Below are positions 26,701 to 38,415 of a stretch of DNA of 64,000 bases, one piece after another. Origin of the DNA: Catajapyx aquilonaris. Lineage: Eukaryota. Both the position numbers and the translations under genes were made by a program. Location of the stretch: positions 1 through 64,000 of the forward strand of contig KZ538339.1 in the NCBI GenBank assembly GCA_000934665.2, in the 5' to 3' direction. Under the pieces are notes generated by a model. It had not been told where the DNA came from, searched no databases, and saw nothing but the letters and a program-made list of their open reading frames with translations. Numbering within the stretch: the stretch's first letter is position 1; each line of letters starts with the position of its first letter.

Positions 26701-28178
26701 AACAAACTTATGCGACTACTGGGACAGGGGGGGACTTCAGGCAATTATGTAATGTTGTGTGCGCAGGTACGCACTCTGGGTCGGTAAACACCTTGAGTTT
26801 GTCATTCATATGCGGCCGAGTTTCTCCATTTTGTTTGAAATGTGTTTCCATGTTGACTTTTGGGTTACCCTCGAGACCGCAGCCTTTGGACCGACTCATC
26901 TCTTTCTTGTGTACCATGTTCTCTATATGTACACACACTGGATCAGTTATCACAGGTCCTGTAGTGTTTTTTCCTGCCAAGCTGTACAGGGTGAACCAAA
27001 ATGAAACGACAAAAATGCTGTTTTGTTCAGAAATTCTACTCTCTTGTTGTTGTGGCCATGGAATCTTTTTTGTGGCCATAATATGTTGTCATCACCACAC
27101 ATCACTGTCGGGTTGGATCGAGCGGAACTTGTACAATTATTCTGGCCACGAAAACCGGTATTTTTAGGAGACGAATTTATTAGGATTGTGGGCCAAGGGT
27201 CAACCTCTGTTGATATAACGACTCTTGGAGACAAGGTGGGACTGGAAAAAAAAAAGTTATTTGCCCATTCCTAAACAAGGTATAGACGACCGTAACTATT
27301 TTTCATTTGGGTGCGTGACAATTAAGTGGATAGTGCGGTTTGCGTGTGGCACATGTTCGGCGTAATGCACTTCGTTTGTCAGTTAAAAAATCCTCCGGAA
27401 ACACATAAGCACGTGAGCCCCTAGGAATATATTCCACCAAAAAAATTGGACTACACAATCGCCCTCAGGGTGGTTAAAAAAAGAGAACTAATTTTTTTTT
27501 CCACAAATTTCTAGTCTGGCGTTAGGAAGACCCATTTTCCAAGAGTTTCTCATTTATTTGGGGGGATAGTGTGAGGTTAGGGGTATCATTAAGGCCCGTA
27601 ATTAGGGAAGGGGTTAGGAGAAGACGAGGCCATATTCTAGGGCAATAATGAGGAATGGTCAGGGGCATCTTGTTTCATAAGGGCAGGAATTCTCATTGTC
27701 GAAAACTGGCCCGAATGGCCAATTGCAAGGGGGGTCAGGGGCCTGTGTTATGATGCGGCCTCAAAACGAAATTAAGGCGCAAGCTCGTTAAGAGACACTT
27801 GTCTCCGGAATAGACCCGAGTGTGTGACGCTCTAAAAATAAAAGGAAGGTACGACGTCATGCTCATAATACGAACTGTGGGCACACACAAAAAAATTCAA
27901 TTTAGGGCACTAAATAACCCAGGAGCTCGTCTGCGGCCGTGAGGAATTAGGCTTTGGGCAGATTTTCACACACATGCACACACGTGTGATTGAAAAGGAC
28001 CGCATTAAAAAATGGTGGCTATTTCCCTGCGAGTCATGTCATCACGAACAGTCGGAGGGAAAACCCATTAAACTGGTTTTCGCCAACCGCAAAAACCAGG
28101 AGGTGAGCACCTTTTCTGGTTGCAGGGTTGTATCATATATAAAAAAGCACACGTCGAGTATGTGATATGTTGCATTCG

Positions 28179-28389
28179 CTACCACGCATGACGCCTTCAG
28201 GATTATTCCTTCGACAAAACCTGGTGCAAGGTAGCATCCTATAAACCTGTTAACATTAGCAGGAACTGATCTCATATAATTTTTTTTCCAAACACAACTG
28301 TAGACTTTGTTCATATGGTAGCAGGCTATCTAGGACAGGACATGCTGTAAAGAGAAGATAAAATCGTAGGGATTTGCCTCGCCTTCTTC
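28179..28389 (+). mobile_element. Degenerate LINE RT fragment (Jockey/I-like)
   Basis: A*RL-RIIPSTKPG, ASYKPVNI, NTTVDFVHMV and KIVGICLAF occur in order, cf. WKxAxIIPIxKPG...SYRPISL...STT...VGxFLD. Confidence 0.5.
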
Positions 28390-30314
28390 TGTAACTAATG
28401 ATCAAGCAGCTTGAATAACATGTGCCAGCCCAAGTAAAACTTCAGGATGTACAAAGTGGTAGGTCTACATTATTAAATAAAAAATATTGTTTGGAAATGA
28501 CTGACAGTTTTATAAACATAGAAATGCAGAGAAAATGTTTAGCTTGCAGAGAGTCTACAGTACCTTCGAAGGAGTTACCGATTGTTGACTCTAGCCAGTT
28601 TGAATAGAAGCAACTATAACACATGATCGTTTGTGTGCCAATTTGTAGCAGCTTGGTTGTGCCCTTCATAATTGTTGCTTTCAAACCGATTCATCCCCCT
28701 TTAAAATAGTTTTCTGAGACGGACAACTTCAGAACTTGCACTACTGACATAGCTCTTTTTTCCCCCACTTGGCTTTGGCCTACTGCAAGTTTGGAGACGA
28801 CCCAATGTCCAGGCCAACAGGACGTGCCAAATGGTGGGTGGGTGGGGTGGGTGAGGTTATTCAGAATGGAGCGGGTCGAATCGCAAATAGCCCCGGCTTG
28901 GTATAATGTATGCATACTCAGCAGGGAGGATGCTTTTGTTAGGTGGGTTTGCCAGATGATTGGCTTGTGACAACGGAGCCGGCCTGCTGATGGGGTTCAA
29001 CCTGCTTGTATGTGTACCCCCTCTCCCATCTATATGTGTGTTAAAAAAAGGAGCTGAGGTTTGGTGAATGGATAACGTACTACGTACACTACACGCGGCC
29101 CCGATAACGGACTATGGACACGCATTGTTCGCTTCCTTTTCTACGTACTGCTTGCTTTTCCAGTGTACTTGATTAGCTGGCATTTTCATGCAAATTTTTT
29201 TTCTCCAGCAAAAGAGGCACACGGATTAGGTTACAATTTGCCAAACCTGTTTTTAGGCCTGCAGAAAATGCATAACGGATAGTTGCACATTTTGGGGGGC
29301 CCACGACACACACGTATGCCAGGAGTGGAAATCGACCCACTTCCGCCACAGTCTCGTCGTTGTTCCGCCCAATGAGAGCCAGCTCTGTCTTCTGTGAGAA
29401 GAACGGCGACCTTACTCGAAGCCAACGCCCCGAAGTGTTTCGGAATGAAGTCTACGTTACTCCGAATGGCGCTGCCACTCCAAATATTTCAAACGCTAAT
29501 TCGTCCCATCTGTTGCGATTTTTTTTTTTTGGGTATGTATAGTGGGGAAGGAGAAACATTATTTTTAGTGTAATGTCTGCACTGATTAGTAGCGATTCTG
29601 GCCCATTGCCCGTTGGGAAGTCAAAGAACGCGGAAAAGAAACTGAGCTACGAGTCGAGACCGGATAAAATTAGACCACAACACGGAAAGTTGTGGGTGTC
29701 TCAGGTATAAGAAAAATAGGCCGTGAGTGATGGCCCAAATTTTTTGCACTTCTTGATGTTTTTGCCTGTGCAAGATATAATCAGTCGAATTAAAAATAGT
29801 TTATTGAGACAGCGAGTGGCCGTTTCAAATGGCGAATTAGCAAATATTAGCTCAAAAATATGCTAATAGAAAAATTTATTCCTCCATTGAAGTACTAGAT
29901 TTTGGCTAACCGAATGGTCCAACATTCCAAGCCCTTCCCTTTTCTTTCCTTATATGGGGCGCTGCCATATTGGAAGGTCCGTCAATCATGCCGCTAATGG
30001 CCCCTGATTAGTACCAGACCAAATCGATCCAGCATTTTGAGGGAGGTTGGCCCAGAATGAGTCGAAAAAAAAAACCTTTACCTCATCCCCGAAATGCTAG
30101 AGTTTCGGGCGAAACCCCAAATCGGCTCGGCCCTCCCCTAAAATAGAAGGCCGTAAATGCGCCCGACCCAACCCCCGCGATAAGGACATAGGGATAAAGC
30201 CAAATTGCCAAGACCCCCAAAAGCCCCCTACAGAAAATTTGGCACGCTCGCCATCACAAGGTAGTCAACCTCCAGCTTTCAGCATGCAAACTGTCCAACC
30301 CAACTTTTTTTTCC

Positions 30315-30334
30315 GTGTGTGTGTGTGTGTGTGT
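30315..30334. repeat. (GT)10 microsatellite
   Basis: Direct reading. Confidence 0.95.
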
Positions 30335-31802
30335 ATACTGTTCTGGCTACATATCCCCAGCATTTTGTCACTGTCGTGTCCGCACCTGTCTCTAATGAAT
30401 ATGTGTTGTCCATCATGTCACTTAACCGACCCAGTGATTGAACACGCCACTCATGATTACAGACTGTGGGTGGGTTTGGGATATATAGGGGAAAAAAATA
30501 TTCCTCATTAGGTCAACCCCTGCAAGTGGGGCGATAATCAGTTCAGGGCGTATTCTCTGTTTGATTAGACTATAAGGAGGTTGTGGGTATAGCCACCACC
30601 GTCAGTTATTGATTCTGGCCCAACTCCAGAAGGAAGCAAACTTTGACAGTAGCTTGGGATGGGGGGGGGGGGGAGGTTGTAACAAAATCATGCANCATGC
30701 AGTAGTTTCCTAATAAAGCCCCTAGTGGCACCCCTAAGCCGATTTAGCAAAAGGGGGAGGGTCTTTTCTTTTCATTATTGCAAGTATGGTGAAGAACCCC
30801 TAAGCCTTGTAATGAGGTCCATATATCCCGAGCCAAAATGCAGTCCACTTTTGTTTATAAGCGGCCAATCTGTTCATCACAAGGGGCGGGGCTTTATATT
30901 GTTGCAAGTTGCGGGTCGTTACAACAAGGGATGATATCTCCGGGAGTTTGCCTCCGGAGAAAACGGTTTTTGTTGCTTGCCTTGCTGCTTCTTTATCGGA
31001 GGACCTAGCTGCCTTAAGATTGCGCCATTCACTCCAAACACTCGAGTTGTGCAGAGGTAATTTCCCTGCGAGATAAAGTTAATATATATATAAATATTTT
31101 GTGCTACCTAACTGTCTGAGTAGTTCGCGCGACTCTTGGAACAAGGCAGCAGGTAAAGCGGGGGTGGCAATGATGGAATGCCAGAGGCGGTTCATATGTG
31201 ACAGGATCGACGGTTGCTTTTACCATGATTAAAACGGTGAATGATTTGCACCGAGCGCATCCCCTGAAAAAAAAAGAGGCGCTGTGCAGTGATAGGGCTA
31301 ACAGTTTCACAATTTATTGATGCCCGTGATTAAAAAGTTGGGCTCGTAATACAGCCACAGTTTGTGATCAACTCCATGATTGCTCGTCCCATCAAAAAAA
31401 GAGAAGGTGATGCAAAATATCTGAATGGGGGGGGGGATAAGAACGATGCTTGTGGTTTTGTGCCTTCACCGAAGGCGCAACTTTGAGTGCGGTGCAATCA
31501 AGAGGGGCGTAAAGATTGCGCCGATAAAGCTTCTCTACGGGGGCTTCAACTCTAGGCCCATGGCTTTTCTTCCACCCCCTCTCCCCCTCTTACTATCCTC
31601 CCCCTTTTACCTTTATCCCAACAAATGGCGCTTGTGACACCGAATATTAAGACGGCCTCGAGACGCGGGTTTACGTTGATGTAGGGCGAGATTTGGAAAA
31701 GGGCAAGGTGAACTTTCTGAGCCTCGAAACTGCTTTGAAACTTTGCCCTTACGAGCGAAGCCCAGACCAATCCAACCTGATTTTACTTCATAAGGACAGT
31801 TA

Positions 31803-32022
31803 TCTTCTTATATACAGAATGAAGCGGAAAGGTTGTCTGTATGTCCGGACTACCTAACCCACTTCCGGACTACCTACTGAGAATGCTGAAACGTGCCACA
31901 CTGGTTGGAGGGAAAAGTCTGAAAACTGCACTTTTTAAGGGTCTAAACGACTATGATTTGTGGCAATCCTCAGTGACTTTACCATGAAAACAGGCTGTGC
32001 GAAGAACGGGCTCCGCTGCTAG
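31803..32022 (+). mobile_element. Non-autonomous Helitron (~220 bp)
   Basis: Inserted between A (31802) and T (32023). 5' end TCTTCTTATATACAGAATGAAG...GTCTGTATGTCC; 3' end GTGCGAAGAACGGGCTCCGCTGCTAG (24/26 identical to 71-96). Internal direct repeat TCCGGACTACCTA x2; no TSD. Confidence 0.75.
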
Positions 32023-35000
32023 TATATTATACAACACGAAGTCCAATTTTGGCAATATTTAGAATTTTTCTGTTATATTGCCTGGTGAGTGGCATTTTGT
32101 CCGGAAGATTCGTAATGAGCCACAGGATTTTCTGTCTGCTGCATGATAGTGCAATATTTTATTGGACTATAGTAGTTGTTGTTCAGACGAGCCTCACCTG
32201 GCCCATTAAATGGGCCTCGTGCCCTCCCTTACATCTTGTCGCTCACTTGAGGAACCTGCTGGCTTGAAAGTGCAGCTGAGACTGGTGCCAAGACAGCGGC
32301 AAGCGAACCGCGCTGAGTACAGTTTACCGAGTGTAGCGTCAGATAGACTTGTGCCAACATCTCCGAGAGTCGGGTCTGTTGGGTTAGATGGACTAGCCCA
32401 GCTGATTGTCCTGGGCCTGTTTGTTTGTGTATCATTAGCATGGGGGGAGGGACAGGAGAGCGAGGGATGCTGGAGAGTAGAGAGGCCCATAGCCTGGTAT
32501 CGATTCCGGTGCATGTTTACCCTGGCTCCTGTGCTATTCCATTCCGGTAACGAGAACGAATGTGAGGCCAAGGAGGGGCTGAGCTTTGGGGCTTAATTAG
32601 AGGGTGGTCGTGGCTGGCAGTTTCCCAGCACCAATAGCCAGTCGACACCAATGCTGCCCCCATGCACCAGTACAGTGAAACACACTGAGGTCTGCGGTGG
32701 ACACTTACGATTTTTTTTCTCTATAACATTGCAGATTCCAGATTTTTAGAGGCGGAGATCGGGACTATCATTTCCTAGTGCTTGATATTCGTAACTTTGC
32801 CTATCGATTTTCAACCGAATTACATGCGTTAGGAAGATGAAAAAGTTTTGAACGGCGTGGTGATTGAATTACCGAAGGGTGGACGGGCCTGGTTTTAGTG
32901 CCATGGAGCCGTCACAAGAACCGTGGCCGTGTATAACTCGACACAGGAGTGTAAGCGAGTGCACGGGATTTGTTTAGGACGGCACAAAGTGCTCATCATG
33001 CGCTGATTTTCCGGCGGAACAATGGCATCATCATCGATGGTTTTGGCGGGACGGATTACACGCGGACGAGTATTTGAAGAAAACTGTCCACTGCATCATA
33101 TGTGCTGGGGAGCTTTTTTTTTGGAATTGGCCATGTTTTTACACCCTTCCTCCTGCCTCCTCCCATGGGGGCAGGGGGATGGATGGGATATATCTCCTTT
33201 TTATTTGGTCATCATTTCGTGCCGGGCCAGTTTTCGGTTGCCGGGCAACGGTGCATCGCAAGCCAGGGATGCTGGGATGTGCTCCAGGATTGCCAGGGAA
33301 ATTCCCGCTTTTCAGAGAGCTGAAGGGAAACCCCCCTCTCTTGGAGACGACGATTGATTGATGCAGCGAATCAAAACAATTTTTTAAAGAAAAATCACAA
33401 TTTATGTAAATTAGTTGTGTTTTCAGCCGACAAAAAACAAACTGATAACCAGGACCTCTGCGGGATGCAGTGGTCCGGACCAAAAAGGAGTGGGATTGGC
33501 AGCAAACGTCGATTCGACACGCTTAATCAAACGAAATGAAAACTCATTACTGTCTGGCAGCATCTCCTGAGGTTGCGATCCCGGAACCGTCTCACTTGTC
33601 AAGCGCTTTCATTTCGGTAAGAGCACAGGCAACTTAATCTCAAAATGGCATCATTTCCAGTGAAAAGAGTAGAGGGAAGCGAATAAATTATTGGGAGCCA
33701 AGCTTGGGAACAGGCGCTATAAAATTGATTCAATGCAAGGTTCGGGTAGATGCTAACCCCCTCCTTCTATTCCTTCCCATGGCAAAAACCCCCTCCTCCT
33801 CCAGCCCTTTAAATAGAAATCGAACTGTTCAGATGCAAATGACTTGGTTTGTCGAAGAGGTCTTGGCGAAGGCATATCAAATTGCTACTTAGTTTCAATA
33901 GGAAAGTTGGAAAGGACTCGACCGAACTTCTGCCTTGGCTGCTGGAAATTTAAAAAAAGAAGAAGAAGGAAGAAGAAGGCTGCCAGGCTTGAAATGAGAA
34001 TGGGATTCTAAGTGGCGAAAAGGAGAGAATAGGAGACGGAGTTTTGGCCACGGCTGTTTTGCCAACCCTGGTTTGTTTCTAAGGGGGCCAAATCATCGGC
34101 CCAATTAGAGCTTATGCCCCGGATGGAGATGTGGGAGTGTGATATGACGACAGGATGTGTGTAAAAAAGTTTGCTTTTGTATAATGTAGCGGCAGTCACT
34201 TAGGAAGATGAAGGCAGTTAGGTGCGGGGAAGCGCACTCTGCCCTGTTGGGGAAAGGGGGGGAAAAAACGAGAGCTCAAGCCACTCCGATCCTCTCTTCC
34301 AGCATCAGGAGAAGATAGGAAAGTAGTCTGTGATGAGGGACAATGAAACCCCAGGCTTCAAACTGAGAGAAAACAAGCACATCCGCTCGGTGGTTTAGCA
34401 CTTCAAAAGAAAATTTTATCAGGCTAATGCGTTCTAATGCAGGCGAAGAATCAAGCGCGTTGGGATGTTGCAAAAAAAACAGGTTTTCAGCTGGCTCTGG
34501 CGTGAGGTTTACCAGGAACTATTTCAGCCAAAGTACAGAGCCTAGAGGGTATTTATACAAATATGGTAGAGTTAGTACTTGGTAGAAAAAAAATTAACTC
34601 CGAAACTATTTTGACAGTTTTGACAAGAATGTACAGCTGCAAACTATTTCCACAGAATCGCTACAACCAAGGTATAAAGTAGAGCAAAACTGCAGGCACG
34701 ATTGGCTAATATTTGACGCATATTTTGGCAACATCACAGAAATTTCACCGTCCATTTATCATTACGCCCATTGCCCGTAAGAACTCTGTGCGTCGAGCAA
34801 TTTTGCACCTGGAGAACTAGATGCTCTGAATCTTGTTTTTGTATCGAGTAATCCCGTTGCGCCAAGTTTGTAATCGGATTTGCTCGAATTATATACGCCC
34901 GTCTCTCTGAAAATGAACTTTCTCAACGCCCAACTCTTCGTTTTTTACTTGAAGAAAAAGGGTTTTTTTGCTGGGCAAGGAACATGGAGAGCTACCTATC

Positions 35001-36843
35001 TGTGTGGTGGACATGGGGCAGAGAGAGATATATAGCAAAGTTTTTTGGTAGAAGGTGGAAAAGCCCGGTCGTTTGTGTTTGTCCGGAGAGGCGGCTGGGA
35101 ATAGAAGGAAGACACGGTCGGACCGGAAGGCGATTTGAGAGCTGTTTACCCAGAAGTCTGCAGGCCTTGTGCGGGCTTCTCCTGGGAAGATTTGAAGCGA
35201 CGTGTGTTTGGAATTGCGATTCCGGTGGACCGGACCTGGTGCCGACCCGAATCAAATGAAAAGGACGCGACTTAGAAAGGCATCTGATATAGCCCACCCC
35301 GCCCCATCCCCCCCCAAAAAAACCTTGCAAGCTCTCTCTCCAACAGTACCGATAGAAATTCGGAACTTGTCCCCACCCGGTTCTCCAAAGGTTGTCCTGG
35401 GCTCGTCAAGTCCGAAGCACTTGATCAAAAAAAAAAAAACGAGGGATACTTTGTGACAAAATCAATATACCCAGTATATCACACAAAAAAACATATATTC
35501 TGGTCTGAAATTTTTTGGAGAGCTCTTTCGGACTGTGTCGGTCACACGTTCCAAACTGGGCCGTACGAAAAGCTTTTCCGATGAGGTTACTTTTTTTTTT
35601 GGTATGGTGGGATTGCTGCGTTGGGCGGTGGGTTTGAAAATGGACTCGGGGCTTGGGGAAGGACAGGGTTAGAGAGTAGAGGATATATAGAGAGTGCTGG
35701 GAAAGAGCAGGGTAGGTTCCATTTCGTGGGACTCAATAGCTGGATTTGGCAGGTTCCTAGCCGCCAGGACTGCTGGAAAAGCAAGATACCTGCACTGTAT
35801 TATGTGGACCAGTTTTCCACTGCATTTTTTTTTCCTGTGCGCTACTTGCTTTAGTGTCACGTGTAGTGCACTCACTATACGAGACTGTTCCTGTAGGCAT
35901 ATTCGTAACATGATTAGTTGTACAGGTACTGGCTTTGTGTACAGTTCCTTATGAGAAAGTGAATTTTATTGATTCTGCAACGTACTTAAGTTGCAAGGTT
36001 TTAGAAAGCATTCATGCATGGGCCCATCAGTGAAAATGAGCTAAACAAGGCTGCAGAAGGTAGGGTATACGGGAACTATAGGGGTTATATAGTTCTGTAC
36101 CGTCTGATGTGGTGGATCGTGTGGCCCTTCTGAATTGTTTCGCATCACGTAAGCGTAACACAACACCGAATGTTTCCCGGGGCTCACACAAGGAGGAAAC
36201 TCGAGACCATGCAGCCATGGAAGAAGTATTTTTTTTGCGGTTCCTTTTATGGACAATCGGCTTGTTGTTTCGACTGGAAGGGGGGGAAATGCGAGCAACT
36301 TCCTGAAAGCTTGTGGACCAACACATCTTACTGAAAATTGGCGTCGTTTGACGGCAAAATGATTTATGCAGGAAAATATTTGACACCTAATTAATGTACC
36401 AGGTTGGCCTGATGTAATAAATCATTTTTTACAACAATGTCCCCAGATTTTTTTTGTACAATAAAAAAAAAATATTGCGTGCAATAAGTGAGTGCACAAA
36501 GACTGCGCACGACAAATTGTCGGCTGGTGCGAGCAACGTCTGGCGGTAAACATGACACTGCGGATGTGGTTCGACAATATGCCATTCTGTGCAAATTTCC
36601 TGCCTGGCGGTACAAAAACACGGACTCAAATTGCGCTGATGACGCTTCTAAATTCGAACGTGAGGCCTGGCTTTTCCGTGTATTTCCATCTCAACTGTGT
36701 CAAACCCCCCCCCCCCTTTTGAAACTAACTCTGCACAACTATCAGCTCCACTATGCAAAATTTTTCGCATTTGAGCCTAGCCATACGTGGCCACCAGAGC
36801 GGCTGAAGATAGGCTAACAATGAAATAAAATGAAACCTAATCT

Positions 36844-37006
36844 AACATGCCTGTAACCGGATGTGTTGAGAGCCATGCAAATGGGAGGGTTGGATATGCC
36901 GAATAATTGTGATTGTACACTCATGAGCAACTGATAGGCTGCACAGAGGGATTTGCTTACATTCTACATGGTGTTTTGTAATGTTTTCATGTCGTGGGCC
37001 AATCCA
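36844..37006 (+). mobile_element. Degenerate LINE RT active-site region
   Basis: NMP...GRVGYAE*L*LY (decayed YADD), followed by QRDLLTFY-WC...M..ANP, cf. LQxDLxxxxxWCxxNxMxxNxxK. Confidence 0.5.
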
Positions 37007-38257
37007 ATTTTGTATCTGTATAATAGAGCTGTGTCAACACTTCCCGGTCCATAATAATAGCAGCATACAGGGGCATTGCTAATTAACTTTTTTTTGGATC
37101 ATCTGCTGTGTCTACAAGAAGTGGAGAAGACCAAGCCAGCGGTTGGTAACCACACTTTCCGCAAACCGCAATTTATTTGGCGCGTCCGCGCTCTCCCCCT
37201 GTAGCCAAAAGACCACTCCCAAATTACGACCCTTACTTTTTTGTACCCAAAACCATTTTTTAAGGGTATATATAAAAGAGGAAGGGGGAGCGCTGTTCAG
37301 GGGGGGGGGGGGTCCATTTGCCTGTGGTCCAACTCCCCTTCCGGCAGCCCAGACTGTTCATAATAAAATTGGCGCTTGTAGCCTAGTTGGGCTTACTAGG
37401 ATGGCAAGTAAAAGCTGGGCCCAGCCTAATCTCTGGAGAACTGAGGCTTCTGCTCGTAATGGAGTTAAGGAAATGGCGGCCTGTTTTCAGTTAAGGAGCG
37501 AGGAGGCAACTTTCGAGGGTATGCCGTACCGTGGTTCTCTGTACAGTACGCACAGGGCCACACTGGCCAGTACACACTTCATATGGTTACTGTTCGTTTC
37601 ATTAGGAATGTACACCAAAAGTGACAATTGGTATAGAACTTATAGGAATACTAATATTTCAAATAACTTTGGGGCTTGGGCAGTTAGCCACCCTGCATGA
37701 GCAGAATGTAGTGTGCTTGAGTTTGGGAGGGGGGGGGGGGATGCCCGGAGCAGGGCTATTGAAGAGTTGTGTCAATAGTAGGCAAATGTGTGTGCAAATT
37801 CTGATATCACTCGCAGAGTTTGGTTGGGGGGTGTTGAGGGTGATCATATGGGGAGCGAGAGTGATTTTCTAGAGATGAATTTCCAGCATGGAGCTGCTGC
37901 TGCCCGCTATAGGGAGGGAAATTATACATTCCGAAAACGTTAACTTACGTCCGGAGATATGCCTAGTTCTACATAATAATGCGTGGGTATATAGAGCAAG
38001 CCAGAGCATGTATTTTTATTTCAAATCTACCTTGGCGTTTGAAAGCGCTCGTGGGCTACAACGTTTTAATTACACTAGGTTGTTCAAACCGGAGTTTTTT
38101 TCCCCCTCCTTATTCATTTCCATTGGGCCGCCCATGTATAGTTTTCACTGCATAATACAGCTCGGGGAAATTTGATAGCCTTGACCTACTTTAATATATT
38201 TTCAAACCATGCTCCAAGAGAACATAGCCTGGAAAAGCATATACAACATATAGGCTG

Positions 38258-38415
38258 CAGTAAAACCTCGATAGAGTGCTCTTCAAGGGACTGCCCCTAT
38301 AAGCTGGATATACCGTTATATGCGGGAAAATTTACCTTATGGAAATAATCAAAGAACCCGAAAAATTGAGCGTTGAAATCGTTATATGCGGGAGCGTTAT
38401 ATCGAGATTTCACTG
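38258..38415. mobile_element. pogo/Tigger-like MITE (158 bp)
   Basis: TIRs CAGTAAAACCTCGATA / TATCGAGATTTCACTG (14/16). TA on the right flank, TG on the left. Internal direct repeat CGTTATATGCGGGA x2. Confidence 0.8.

Noticed and set aside
27575..27620. TTAGG(G) telomere-like words
   Set aside because: Three scattered copies, not a tandem array.
34541..34612. PRGYLYK...LRNYF, like a CR1 ORF2 end (similar faint RT-like hints near 6010-6070, 7970-8030, 13475-13545, 38510-38590, 61330-61480)
   Set aside because: Too few conserved residues to call by eye; needs a profile search.
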